Positions 1-13,429 of a stretch of 64,000 bases of DNA are shown here, one piece after another. This stretch comes from Cystobasidiomycetes sp. EMM_F5 (lineage: Eukaryota), in the NCBI GenBank assembly GCA_051047955.1, contig JBPGPT010000005.1:558001-622000 (forward strand), in the 5' to 3' direction. Each line of letters opens with the position of its first letter. Position 1 is the first letter of the stretch. A model generated the notes under the pieces. That model was not told the origin of the DNA. It did no database searches and worked only from the letters and a program-made list of their open reading frames with translations. The position numbers and the translations under genes are program-made.

Positions 1-1951
1 TGTCACCCGCACGCGTCGTAGGTCAGTGAACCACACTCCGGCCGATATCCGTCAGTGGCCAAGGTAGTGTCACTGAAAGCTTCCGCATCCATCACATCCC
101 GTTGTCTTTAGCTGAGGTTGCACCAAAAAGGTCTGCCGTTGACCCGTGGCGACCGCAGCTTTGACTCAGCCTCGCTTAGATCGTCCACTTCACACGTCTC
201 GCCATGTCTACATATGACCTGCTGACGTTGGACTCTATGCCAGCAATAACAGTGCGCTCTGGGCATGAGGCTCTTACGGGGCGCAGGTCTCCAGTGTACT
301 CTGTCGCTGCGTTGTCAAATCTCCTCAGGAGACTTGCGTCAGGTGCAAGATAATGACGGGAATTGAACTCGTGGAGAGCCATGGACGACTGTAGTAGATT
401 GCTATGCAGTCATGCTAAATCCGACATCATCAGAACTTCTCTGTCTCGCTCTCCTGCTGAGCAACAGCTTGATTTGCTTCCCGCCATTGCCAATCACTGT
501 CAGACATTTGGATCGCCATCAAGCATCGAGTCCGGGCCTGCGTTATTGTTTAGCGCAAATGCTCTTTTCTCGTCTACTCAGCTCTCAAAAGGCTAAGGCC
601 ATGGTTCTCAAACGGAAGATCATTGCATCCTGTCAAGCATGAGGATCAGCGAGCGACCAGTATTTCAATACTCTTTTCGTGATTTGCCAGACCCTTGCTT
701 GAGTTGTCTTCTACTCAAATCTGTAGGCTTGATCGCGACGCAAGCCGGGCTTCGACTTTCCGAAACGCCCCGGCTAACAGGCAAAAACAGAATCACAATT
801 TGTCGAGCACTTCATCAGCCACTGGCAAGCTAGAACAGCCGATGTCAGTTGTCCCGCAGAGACTGTGTACTTTGTAGATGCTATTGTGATGATAGAGTCG
901 CGTGGCTTCCGACGTAAGGACGGCTTCCGAATCCAACGCGACATGGGAACAGGGCGAGGGATTCAACACGCCTCTATCTGCAGCTCGTTGTCAGAGAACA
1001 CCCAGCGCATCAGATACCGCATCAGTCTGCTGTAGACACCTTTCTGCGCGGGCTTCATCCAAGACGTTCAAACCACCCTACACCTACAGTACCTCGGCCC
1101 TCATTCGGATCTTAGCAGGATCTCAGCGACATGATGACGCACATCATGCTCGTCACGGTCAAGCCGCAAGTGCTTCTCAGCACTGGCCCTGATTGGTCTA
1201 AGGCATCCGCTTCACTCGATACCCAAGAGGAGTGCAGGCTGGGTGATTCGCCAGAGTCTACGTTGTCATCAGCTTCACCGGTATCGGTCCATCATCAGCT
1301 TCAGTTTCCACAAAACGCAAACTTGATGAAATCCGACCAAAACAATATCAGATTAACGAGGGCACCATGGCTCACATATCTCGCATGGGCGACTGCGATA
1401 CCAATTACACTCATATGCATAGTAGTCGGCATTCTTGCGGGAATAGCAGGCGCAGAAATGGAAGTATAAGCATATCATAGGAGGGAGTGATGGATGTCGG
1501 GAAGAGAAAGACAATTCGGAGTGTTGCCTGCTGAAATAATAAGAGCATTTCAATTCGTGTTCAGTCTCTCAGTCATTAGCGTGTTCATTCATCTTCCTGG
1601 GCCAATATTTTAAGAATAGTCAAGGCTCCAAGGCCAGGCTGTGTGGCGGGATCTGAGACTGCACGACTATAAACGGCAGTCGGCGAGCAATAATTTCGTT
1701 GACAGCGATACCAGTTGGCAAACTTTGCGAAGTAGTTCGACAGCTGTCGAGACTCTGTCACTTCCTTTGGGCTCTTTCCGCACGGTCCAGCCGAAGAACA
1801 GCTCCCCGCGCCGACGATAATACGGCATACCCCAGCATTCCAGCACAAATTGGCACTGTCGTCACTGCTGCAGGCCCACTTTCGTTAGCACATCCAGCGC
1901 ATCGAGAACAGCAGCACTCACTGCACAACGTCTACTCGTTGCTGGTTCACT

Positions 1952-3507
1952 ATGGCTCCGCCCAGTTTCTTCAAGGTCGCCGCAGCTTTGGCCGCGCTGC
2001 AGGCAGTCTATGCAGCACCAGCGGCTCCCGGCATGATTGCCATGGGCGCACAGGATATTGTAGCTGCTCAGACTCCCATAACCAATACTACGGCCGTCCT
2101 CAAGCGAAACTGGTGAGTTGATGTATATGGAGCCAAAAATTGTGCAAATGGCCGAGTATCGTCCATTCGCAGTGCATACTGGGGCTGGTACCCCGATGAT
2201 GGCCAGACAAGATACGGATCAGAAGGACAGTTCCAGACACTGCAAGAGTTGAACCAAAACACGGGCACTCCCGCCTTTGCCGTCGGTGCCTATGCGCACA
2301 TCTACTCGCCGCAATATGTCCGAGGAAACCCAGCTACCTATTTCAATGGGTCAGAATTGACGCCGTATCTTCAACAAGCCCTCCTTGCGAATGCTACGTT
2401 CGTTGCGTCAATATCGGTATGTTTTCCCCAAAAAGCGTCCCGAGCGTCTCTTGTGGCAAAAGTCGCTGATGATCCTTGTCGTCAGCCTATCTATGGCTTT
2501 CAAGGTTTCCTGAACAATGACACTACACAAGCTCAAGCTGTTGTCGCTGTATTGAAGACGTTTGTAGATGCCGGAGTGACAGTCTGGCTGAGATGGGCGT
2601 GCGTCTTCTCCTCTACGCAAAACATGAAAGTATACTGAATCCGCCCTCCAGACACGAGATGAACTGGTACTTTACGAAAGGCTCTGATGACGAAAACCCC
2701 AACGGCAAGGGATCCTACTATGTCGGCACACCGGCGCAATATATTGAAGCCTGGAAAGTAATGTATAACACCATCAAGCCTGTGTTGCCTAGTGTCAGAT
2801 TCTTCTGGAGTCCAAATGTAAGCTTTATCGCCCATACATCTGCGCCACACGTGACGCATATTCGTGCACTCAGGTCGATTCAAATGATGGCGTCAGGATC
2901 TACTGGCCCGGCCCACAATACGTTGATATGTGAGCGATGCCGCCATATTTGAGAGAATGGAGCGCTGAAGATCCTACACAGCGTGGGAATGGACTACTAT
3001 GTAGAGAAGAATGCTCCCAACTCGAGTTACTACGACATCGTCAGCGTGGTGAAGAATTTCCACGATGAATTTGCACTACCGTACGGATTCCCATTCTTCC
3101 TTGCCGAGGTCAGTCATAGAGACATCTATCATTTGGTATTTGTATTACGCACTCATGCATGCATTACTAGACGGGGACAAGGACAAACAGCACAGACCTA
3201 AATCTTGCATTTATCAAGACAGTCACGAGCGCCGCAACCTGCAGAGCATTGCCGCAACTTTATGGCATCTTCTGGTTCCACTACATAAAGGTTAGAAGCG
3301 GTCGTGCTCAGGATTTCCGAACTCGCTGACTTGTCTTGGCTGTTACAGAATTATATTGACCATTACCTGGTAACACCGCCGACGGCCCCTGTGGCTCAGC
3401 AGTTCAGAACAGTACGTAGTCGTCGCCTGCCGATGATGTGGGTTCCAGAACGTATTGACTAATGTTCGCCTTTTTTTCCATTCCAGTTGATGGCTTCGTC
3501 GGGCTAA
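1952..3507 (+). CDS. Secreted glycoside hydrolase family 26-like protein (multi-exon)
   Basis: Signal-peptide-like start MAPPSFFKVAAALAALQAVYAAP. Spliced motifs VWLRWA|HEMNWY (acid/base Glu), FFWSPN, GMDYY and PFFLAE|TG (nucleophile Glu) are typical of GH26. Several GT-AG introns. Confidence 0.75.
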
Positions 3508-3863
3508 GCGCAACAAGAAACTCTCAGAGAAGCTGCGAATTGGATAGCGAACGGGATACCAGATGGTGGATATTATGGACATTGAAAGGCTCTTTGATGC
3601 ATTGAATTGTGTGACGGACATTTGTGGGTATTAGCGGGGGCATGCTGTCATTGTAGAAGTAGTCTGAAGAGCAAATTGTGCACGCACTGTTACAGCGCAG
3701 TGCTCTCAAAGCTTCATGTAGAGCTTTCGAGCCAAGTCATTTCCGTTGCTTCGGTCCACTTTGTTTGGTTTGCAGTGCGGCGTTGATTTCGCGTTCTCGT
3801 TCGCACTGATAAAGCCACTGTTCACCTGCCTGGCCGGCGAGCTGCAGCTGCAGCGGCTGTGTG

Positions 3864-6800
3864 ATGAATGCTGCAGCGCTGTTCTCGACAGCTCAGAGCC
3901 TGTTTGGCGGCAGCAAGCTCGCCGGGTCGTACAATATCGCTAGTAATCCTGGTCATGCAAGCGGCTCTGGCTCTGGCACGGCCGACGGGGAGATTATTGG
4001 CCTTTGGACTGTGCAGCGAGCTACGCACAAGACTAACGGCAAGACTGTTTCCATCTGGACTTTGGATAAGAATGCTCTCGGTACCCAAGGCACTACCGGT
4101 GGATCTAGATATAAAGGCAAGATCAAGCTGGATCCGACGCTGGAGGTACTCAAGAAGGAGGTAGGCGCATGCTCTGTGCTGTCGTTTTGTACGGCCTGCT
4201 TAGATACGCCTTCCGTACATTCTATAGATATCAACACAGTCGCGTCTACGCCATCCATGCGTTCTGGAAGTAGTCGAGGCGCTGGAAGAAACTAGGCAAG
4301 GCGTCTATGATAGATGTGATAGGATACCCCTGCTGATAAGCTTTGACAAACAGATCGTCGTTGACATTCGCTACGGAACCAGTCAGCTCTTCGCTGCGTA
4401 ACGCAATACTTGCTTCGGAAAGGTCATCTTCATACTCGTCCACGCGCAGAGGCAGTAGCAACAGCAACGTTGCCGATGTTCCTGGAGAATTGGACGAAAT
4501 CGAAATACAAAAGGGACTATTGCAAATAGGCAAAGCATTGCAGTTTCTTCATGAATCCGCAAAGCTGGTGCACAGCAATCTTACGCCGAACGCCATCGTC
4601 ATCAATGCAAAGGGAGATTGGAAGCTGTCGGGGTTCGGTCTGTCCACATATCTGACACAGCCGAACGGTGATCCGTCAAGATGGGAACATCCATCCTTCG
4701 ACCGTCAAATGCCAGCCGAAGTGCAGAAGGATCTAGATTATATGGCTCCAGAGTATGCGCTCGATGAGACACTACTGCCTGCAAATGATATGTACTCGCT
4801 GGGTTGCATTATATTTGCGTAAGTTTGGCTCGCAGAGAAGACCGCCACGAAGGTCATTCACCAATCTCACGTATCACTATCTACAGGATCCATACAAAAG
4901 CGGGACCTCCTTTTTCAAATCGACACAGTATACAGAATCTCAGAGACAACATGGAGAACCTTGTTACAATGCGTGCGACCTGGCATAAGCTGCCTGACGA
5001 GGTTCAGGACGTTCTCTCACAACTCCTAACCCGATATCCCTCCGGTCGAATGTCTGCAGCTGCCTTTCAAGCGTCCAGATACTTCTCTTCTACACTTGTG
5101 TCGACACTTCGCTATCTCGACAGAGACTCTTTCGCCGCCAAACCGCGAGAAGAGCAGGTGAAGGGCTTCATACTAGAAGTACAAATTTCGCCAACTGATG
5201 CGCCCTCTTGCTCAGGCGTCTTTTCTGAAAGGTCTGCTCAAGGTACTCCCACAATTCTCAGATAAGGTCATCAAGCGCAAGATACTCCCGAGCTTGTTAG
5301 AGGAAACACGCAAGAATATGCTCGTGCCTTTCCTGCTACCGTGCATATTCTACATTGGTCAGAAAATGGAAAAGGTTGGTCAATACTCATTTGCCTGATC
5401 GTGGTATTGCGTCTAAGCCAACTTGCAGGAAGAATTTCGGGACAGCTTGCTGACAGACCTGAAACCGCTCTTCAGTATGAAAGATCCTCCGCAGGTCATG
5501 CTTACGTTACTTGATAATCTGGCAATCTTTCACGAAAAATGCAACGCTGTCACGTTTCGCGAGGATGTTCTTCCCTTAGTGTACAATGCGCTGGACAGCG
5601 ATGTCCCAACACTGCTTGAAAAAGCGCTCAAGGTGATTCCAAGCTTGTCCGAAACGCTCGATGTGAGTCAAAAGGTCCCCTTGTACGGCATCACTTAACA
5701 CTTTCCCTGGCCTCAGTATACTACAGTCAAATCTATGCTACTTCCGAAAATTACAAACGTCTTTTCGAAAACCACCTCTCTTGCTGTCAAAGTGACGACA
5801 CTGATATGCTTCAAATCGTTGGTACCTATTCTCGATAAGGTCAGTAACGCAATCGCTGCTAAGCAGTAGTGCTGACGTGATTCACAGTTTACACTTACCG
5901 AGAACCTTGTGCCGCTGCTTGCGCGTATCAAAACGAAAGAACCCTCTGTAATGGTGCGTGAACGAGTCGCATCCACGAAGGCTTATCTGATGAAGTTTAT
6001 GTTGTGTAGATCGCTACTCTGGCTGTCCATGAGCAGATAGGACTGAAATGCGACATACAAGCGATCGCAACGCTGGTGCTGCCACAGCTGTGGGCAATGA
6101 GCATCACTCCGCTCCTGAGTGCGGAGCAGTTCACGAGGTTCATGGGCGTGATCAAACAGCTTGGCACTCGTGTCGAACTAGAACATTCGAAGCATTTACA
6201 GGAGATCAAGCGTCTGGAAGAATCGTCAGGCGGTGTCCCAAGAGGTGCGGTGCGGATGCCGGATCTTAACGGCAACGAAGAAGTAGACTTCGAAGCCCTT
6301 GTTCGTGGCAAATCTTCCAATGGAATGCCTGGATCCGTTTCACCTGATCCGTTCGGCAACAACGATGACTTTGCCAGGGTAAATTACATGCTGCAGACTA
6401 CGAGGTGTGTCTGACGAGCTCTCGTGCAGTTTGATGCAATGTCCACATCCACTACGGGCCCGACGAGCGGACCCAGTGCTACCAACCTCTCGCCCAGCTC
6501 ATCCTCATCGGGGCAAGCAACGGCCTCGAGAAACAATGTGCGAGCAGCTGCACCGACCCACAGCACGAAAGCTGCATCAATCCTTGGCGCAAGGCCGATC
6601 TCAGCGAATGCCTTCAATACTCGCAGTAATTTTGCTGTTACACCAGACACGTCTGCCCCAGCTACACCCGTCATGCAAGCTCAAGGCGGGTACTCAATCA
6701 ATAGTTCTGTGTCTTCCATAGCCACATTGCCGCCTCCGCTTCAACCTCCACATAGAGCGTCTCCTGCGGTTACGACGTCGCTGACCGGGTCAAGCTATGC

Positions 6801-7200
6801 TTCCTCCAAATATGCGCAGTCAAATTTTGGTCCAATGCTTGCTGCTTCTTTGCAGCCCTCCGCCAGCAGTAGCGGAGGCGGAATGCTTATGCCGAGCATC
6901 GCGCCTACAATCGCAACCGCGACAGCTTTCGCGCCGATGATCCCAACTAGCTCATCCTTCATGTCCCCGATGCAGCCGACCACCAAGTCTGTTGCAGCCA
7001 ATGCGTCCCCCTCGCCAGCGATACAATGGAATAATGCGGCAATGCCTCCATCGACTGCATCTCCGCAATCCGTACTGCAACCTGTGCAATGGCAGCAACC
7101 GCAAGCGCGCCCAGCGCAAAACGGCTTCTCTAGCGCGATACTGCAGCCTACCAAAAAGGAGACGACATTTGACTGGTCCGACCTCGATCCTATGCGATAA
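3864..7200 (+). CDS. SCY1: SCY1/SCYL2-like pseudokinase with HEAT repeats and low-complexity C-terminus (multi-exon)
   Basis: ELDEIEIQKGLLQIGKALQFLHESAKLVHSNLTP...GDWKLSGFG, DYMAPEY, DMYSLG; HEAT-like region (KIKTKEP-type LARIKTKEPSVM; LPQLWAMS); Ser/Pro-rich tail ending DWSDLDPMR. Confidence 0.9.
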
Positions 7201-7358
7201 TGGATTGTCCGGGTCTTCTATTTGTTTATCAACTTCTGCCAGCATGATGCAGTGAACGAAGTTTTGTCGTTGTACTATCGAAACCACAGTCGCGATGCAG
7301 CCTTAGCGAAGGATCGTCGCATCTTACGCACTAGTATCGGGCTGTATCATCTTGCTCT

Positions 7359-8281
7359 TCACCCCAACTTCGTCTGCTTGGGTGGACCGGTCAGTCCGAC
7401 CAGACTGTTCAGACCATGTCGAAATCGCATGCGAATGCTCTCGAAGTCATCGAAAGCAGGCCTCACATCTAGGTAGAAAGCCAGCTGGAGCGGAAGTGTT
7501 GGTCCAGCTGGCAATGCTGCAGGTTGACCGCCGCGACCAGTGTAAAAGTCGATGACATAGCGAATCCGCTTTCCATCGCGGTCTATTGTCCAGTCGTGTC
7601 GGTCAAACGGTGCTTGATATCTGGATCAACGTCCAATTGAATTTAGCATGCGAAGATGTGTCGAAATCTGCATACCGCTTACCCGAGCAAAACCTTGAAC
7701 CAAGCGCGTGGCGTACGGTCATTGGGTCGCCCTTTGAAGCTGACAAGTTTGACTTTGTTTACTGCATCAGGCGCAGCTTCCTCTTCCCACTCCAACACTT
7801 GCTTCCATGTCCGTTCGTTGACCGCGTTGTGGATAGGAACCACGATGTCCATATCGGCAGCATCAGGATTGCGATTCTTTCGTTCGAGTGCTGTGAAAAA
7901 CTGCGATGGAGAAGGGTACACCCAATTGCTGCTCTGGCTGCAACTCGCGGCTGCCACGGCTGCGTTATCCGGCGGATTACTTGAAATGTATCTCGGAATC
8001 GACGAGGTTTCTCGGTCAGTAGACAGAACATAGCTGGAACTTGGCTTGGGTTTTGGAGCTGGTTTTGGAGGACCAGAAGCAGACACGCTCATCTTTGAGA
8101 ATGGATGAGTGGTCGAGGCTTCGCTGCCAGACTTCTGTGCAGCCAGCCAGCGAGACCGGGTTGAATGGTCTACAGGGCATTTGGCAGCTTCATCACTGTC
8201 AAGGCCCGCAGGTCTTGCAGTATGGGCTGATGATGGAGTTTCCGCAACCCTTGAGGGTCCAAAGAGCCAATTCAGCGACAT
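7359..8281 (-). CDS. CYT2: Holocytochrome c/c1 synthase (heme lyase), 2 exons
   Basis: CPVDH heme-regulatory motif, [24 protein letters not shown]; exon 2 [19 protein letters not shown]. The CYT2 versus CYC3 assignment is inferred from the single CPVDH..R..WL motif. Confidence 0.85.
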
Positions 8282-8366
8282 GTTCTTTTCGGTGCGGAGC
8301 AAAAGTAGGTGGCAGCAGGCCCACGAACACAGTCAATAATACTGTTTCAAGCTACAACGTCGGCGA

Positions 8367-9600
8367 CTAGTCCATAAATTTGATGCTGTGCTTCAATGTA
8401 CCGATTCCCTCTATTGAGACTTCAATTACATCCCCGTCCTTTAAGAAATTTGGGGGATTGCGAGCGTATCCTACGCCTACAGCGAAGTCGTCAGTGATTG
8501 ACAGGCGTCACATCCCCAAGAGGCTTACCTTGAGGTGTACCCGTCATGATGACATCTCCGGCTTCTAACGTGGTACCGGATGAGAAATGAGCAATGATCT
8601 CTGGAACGCCAAACATCATATTGTCGGTCCGGTCCTTCTGGTAGCCCTCTTCTCCATTCAATCGGCTCTCGATGGCAAGATTGGACGTGTCGATGAGTTT
8701 CGTTGAAACAAGCACCGGACCAATGGGCGCAAACTCATCCAAGCCTTTGCCGTAGCACCACTGAGAACCGCTGTACGGGAATTGCTGTTGTGCTCTTCGC
8801 CATGTCAAGTCGTTTCCGCATGTCACTCCGAGCTGCGGGCAGATTTACATTTAGTCTGACCTGCTTGACGTGGGCTGTTCGTGGTTCCGCACCACATGCT
8901 CTAATGCCTTTTCTTTCGGGATGTTTTTGCCAGTCTTGCCAATAATCACAACGAGCTGCATAGAAGTATCGATGAGCTTAGCTCAGTATGTACATCAAAC
9001 GTGTCACGCACTTCTCCTTCGAGGTCCATCGTGTCTTGGGCTTGTTTCGGCACTTCAATCGCGTCGCCGGGATTCGCTAGGGCTGAACGGCCTTTTATGA
9101 AGAGGGTCGGCCATTGAGGGATCTTCAGACTCAAAAATCAGACATCTCTATTGCCGAATTGTCGGCGTTGTTTACCTTGCCGGCCATGTGTCCCTCTTGA
9201 ACTTCGTACTCATGTTTCGTCAGTTACGAGAATCCGACGCAGACCCTTCAAATGCAGACTGACTGTGCTTCAGATAGTTCAACCCAACGCATCTCACGAG
9301 GTTGATTTGCTTCTTCGACACCGGCGACAGTAGTCTCTTGACGGTCTTTTCTTCGTCTGTAACGACAGCGTCCGTGTAGATGTCGCCCGTTATGACTTTG
9401 GCCTTCAATCCGTCAAAATTCTTGCCAATGTCAAAGAACGTCGAGGGTGAGGATGTCGGAATAACTGGCTCTCCCTGGTATTCTTTGCCATCGTCCGCAA
9501 TGAAGCGTATCAAGCGAGACCAAGCTGGCATTTTGACGACTGTTGATGATGAGAATGCACGAATCGTAACGGGGTGCAGTGCTAGCTTGCGTAGGAGCAT
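8367..9600 (-). CDS. Fumarylacetoacetate-hydrolase family protein (FAHD2-like), possible mitochondrial presequence
   Basis: WSRLIRFIA, VRCVGLNY, PTLFIK, MDLEGE, GNDLTWR, QWCYGKGLDEFAPIGP, GDVIMTGTP, FLKDGDVIEVSIEGIGTL. Confidence 0.9.
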
Positions 9601-9820
9601 GCAAGTTGCTGGTAACGAAACGCTGAAAGGCTTCCCAGGATCAATACTGCTTTGGCAAGTCGCGGGGATAGGCGGCCGGACGGAATATCCGTCAAAACGG
9701 CAAGTCCGGCTGGAAGACCGGTAACTCGACACGCTGCGGCTTGCAATCAGCGACGACGCTGCAAGCAAGACTGTTTCTTAGCTAACTACGACCTGTCCCC
9801 AATCCCTGCGAAGCTGAAGT

Positions 9821-11575
9821 ATGGCAGACACTGCCAATATCTCATTCCGCTCCGGTAGGTATTCTCCTTCGAATCATTGTATTTTGGCTGATGTAGTTTC
9901 GAATGAATACCATCAGTTATACCTACGAAAGATCATCGCGGGGTAGCCGATGTATACGCTGGCAGCGAGGAATGGCCATCACTCGACAAATATGCTTGGT
10001 TGGTCGGAAGAACCATGCTTTTAAGGATATAAGATGATTACTCATTACGTGTCTCTCCACAACAATCCGTCGCGCACGCACATACAGGGGCAAACGCCAG
10101 TCCGGCAATCCTGGCCTCGCCAAATTGATGGAGATGTGGCACGAAAAGGTGGCGGAACCGTATAAAGGCATCACAAGTGACGGTAATGTCAGGAAGGGGC
10201 TGTACAAGCTGCAAGACGAAGGTGCTCCTGTAAAGGAAGCGACATCAGCAGCGGAGGCATTGCTGGAAGTTTTGGATGACAAGCAGAAACAAATCCTCTC
10301 GCAAGACATCGAATCCGACATTTGGAGGAGATGGGCGAATCGTAAGTAATCATGCAAATTTTGAATGAGCCTCCGATCTGACACTCTCCGTAAAGCGGAG
10401 TTTTACGTGAATGTGCGGACTATTCCCACCGGTGTGATCCTGTACACGAGATCTGATGCAAACTCTACAGCAACATGGCTTAAGGCTAGACGAGACTTCG
10501 GAGCAAGTGAAGCGCGCAACCTTGAACCTTATGAGAGCATGTCTCAGCGAGAAAGGCTTCGTCAAGGCACAAGGTTGCATGTGGACAAACGAGTTTTTGG
10601 GCTTTCTAGTGGGCGGCGAAAGCATCATGAATGAGTTTAGCTACAACCTGTAAGTCTCATCGTCCATAAGATACCCGTCTCAATGCTAATGCCACCGCGA
10701 ATTTGCGACTACTCAGCAATATCTTTGGCAAACCTTCGACAACTGAGCCATGGGGCTGGTCTCTGTATGGTCACCATCTCTGTATCAACGTCTGCTTCGT
10801 TGGCCCACAGATGGTCATTTCGCCTACATTTTTTGGCGCGGAGCCAGATGTCATCGACGAAGGCAAACACAATGGCTTGACACTGTTCCGCGGAGAAGAG
10901 CTCTCAGGCCTCAAACTAATGCAAAGCCTGTCACCGGAGTTACAAAAGCAGGCTCAGCTCTACCCAAATGTGAGTCTACCAACGTGTATGCATTTCCTCC
11001 GTCTAAGTCGCTGTCGTAGATGCATGGCGATCACCTGCCGGAAGACCGGTGGAACCCCTTCGACGAGCGTCACGTAGCTGGAGCATTCAGAGATAACCGC
11101 GAGATCCCCTTCGAGGGAGCGTGCGTCAAAGACTTTACGTTGGAACAGCGCAAGGCGATTGTGGAATCGGTCGAAAACTTTATCGAGTATCTGCCAGCGG
11201 GTCCGCTTAAGTACAGACTGAAGCAAGTCGAGGAATACTTAGACGAGAGTGAGCATCGTGCGAAGTCCTTCAGGTACACACAGCTGATCACGCCTCCCGG
11301 AATTCAGCGTACTTTGTCTGGTATGGTGGCTTCAGCGATGAGGATCCGTACTACTACCGCATCCATTCGCCAGTCATTATCGTGGAGTTTGACTTCCATT
11401 GCGGTATATGTGAGTAACTGATGCGATATTTTCCGTCTGAGCTCATCTCATGCTCGCTTCAGTCTTGACAAACAACAAGCCAGCGAAGTTTCACATCCAC
11501 ACAACCGCACGAACGCCAAATGCAAATGATTATGCCAAAGAATTGATCAGGTTACATCGCGAACAAAAGGCATAG
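9821..11575 (+). CDS. DUF3500-like protein (multi-exon)
   Basis: Spliced reconstruction: MADTANISFRS..., YKGITSDG, WRRWAN, HGLRLDE, PWGWSLYGHHLCIN, AFRDNREIPFEG, YYYRIHSPV..VEFDFHCG, FHIHT..RTPNANDY. Confidence 0.75.
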
Positions 11576-11759
11576 GTGTGCGCCGCATCAATGGGTGTCT
11601 GTATAGGTCAACTCGGAAGTTCTGTTGTTCCATTTATTATAATATCATCGAGTCCAATTCAACCTGCAAGGACATCACTTGATCAGTTGGCGACTGCTAA
11701 AACTTGATACAACAAGAGTTTCGATACATTCGGAGTCTTAAATCCAAACCGTGACACAT

Positions 11760-12619
11760 CTATTCCTCGACAGCATCTCCTCCACCGAGCGTTTGTTGGA
11801 TATTCGCCAAGGCTTCTCTGGCCTCGTCCCGCTCTTTGACGGTTCTCGCCAAGACTCGCATAGTGGCATCCTCTTTATACAGCGCGTGACTCAATTCTTG
11901 ACGCAGTTGCGAGTTTTGTTTTCGCAGCGCAAAAGCCTCGAGCATCACGCTATCCCACTCGTTTTGGAGCACATGCAGTAATGCTGGCACGGAAGACATG
12001 TTGGGCGGTCTTGGAGGTGGGGCAGGTGCAGTTGGAGCTGTAGATGCGAGTGCCGCATGTCAGCATGGATTCCCGGATATTCTACGACGATTGAAACGCT
12101 TCAGGATGCGAAAGAAGTATCAGATAATGTAGATAAAGATATTCAAAGCAGCATTGGAGACCAGAAGGGCCCCTCAGAATCAGCCTTCTAGTCCGAGCTT
12201 TTTTGATGTTTGTTCATCTTGCAATGACAATGGAAGGTGACAGACGGATCGCGGGAGGTTCGGCGGTACTATAGTACGCACATGTTTTCACAGGTAGCAG
12301 GTCATCCTCCGTCAAGGTCTCTCCGGTTATGGGATCCTTGGAGTCATTGTTTCTGAAGCATATCGAAATTCACCATTAGTAGCTGCGAGGTTGCAGGCAG
12401 ACCGCTCGAGCCACTGTGGGTGATGATGCTGAGCTCACTTGAGATATTGAAGAATGAGCTCTCGCTCGTATATGTTGCCAGACTTTATTGACACGACTGG
12501 CTGCAGCGGCGCAGTCCCCGAAACTGGATGGGCAGAACACGAGACCATGCATGAGCAAAGCGTCCATTGTCGATATCTTGACGCAATAGCAGCTCTTGCT
12601 ACTCACTTGCACAAAACAT
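11760..12619 (-). CDS. PRP19: Prp19 U-box + coiled-coil protein, lacking the WD40 domain (~150 aa, 4 coding exons)
   Basis: MFCA|ISGTAPLQPVVSIKSGNIYERELILQYL|...DPITGETLTEDDLLPVK|...PRPPNMSSVPALLHVLQNEWDSVMLE...RQELSHALYKEDATMRVLAR..KERDEAREAL; TAG at 11762-11760. Confidence 0.92.
12118..12225 (-). ncRNA. Intronic box C/D snoRNA, snR62/U34(SNORD34)-like
   Basis: Lies in the 244-nt PRP19 intron. C-like box AAGAUGA (12220-12214), D box CUGA (12123-12120). The adjacent 13-nt guide UUAUCUACAUUAU is complementary to the LSU rRNA segment AUAAUGUAGAUAA. Confidence 0.75.
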
Positions 12620-13429
12620 GGATGGCCAGTCTGTGCAGAGCAAAGCCCACGATCAAAAAATGGCTTCAGCAAGACCATAATTCTGACAGTCTTGCTTGAG
12701 CCAGTACTCGGGGGTGCGCACGCTGAGAACTCACAAAAAGTTCTATGACATCCTCATTACAACATGCGGCTGCTTTTCCGGCCAAGACAGACAATCTGCT
12801 AACGATGAAAACCTGACTTTATATATATTCGGGACTGGCTGCAAGGATCAACGGCTGCAGCTTACTGAGGCGGAAAGACTATCGAAAAGCACTCCGGCCT
12901 CCATACTAATCCTTCATCACTGCTCTGATACCAGCGTCGAAATACGGTCTTAGAAGGCGAATATTCGTATGTCTTTGAGTACACCCCTGCAATGCTGCTG
13001 TCCTCCAGTCTACAATACTTGATCGCACTCGAACGTTCATATTCACAGTAAATCTTACTGCTCTTCGCGCAGAGGCGAGCACAACGCAACTTGACATGCC
13101 TTTCCGCAAACGTCGGCATACGGGATAGAAGGGTGCGTATGATGTATAACAAGCCTTTAAGCTCACTGCAGCGTCTGTGGTTGGAGCAATCTCTTACGCA
13201 GCAGTGTCAACGGGGCGCTAAGTGCCAGAGAAATAGCAAGCTATGTCGCCAGAATATCTGGGCTGTGTCATCAATGACAAAAGACCAGTGCACGAACATA
13301 ACACTACGCCGCACATACTTCTCCGCACCGCCGCAACGCAACAATGTATGTACTGCTCTACACCTCTTCGGCGTTATAATTGTCCCTCCATTGAAAGCCA
13401 CCTTGGTCTGTCGTCTACGTTCACTCACC

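Noticed and set aside
1..1500. Short ORFs including 1131-1469 with a C-terminal hydrophobic segment and 176-382 on the minus strand
   Set aside because: I could not assemble a convincing gene model or recognise a domain.
4540..4645. SCY1 kinase domain lacks HRD and DFG (HSN, GFG)
   Set aside because: Expected for the SCY1/SCYL pseudokinase family; not novel.
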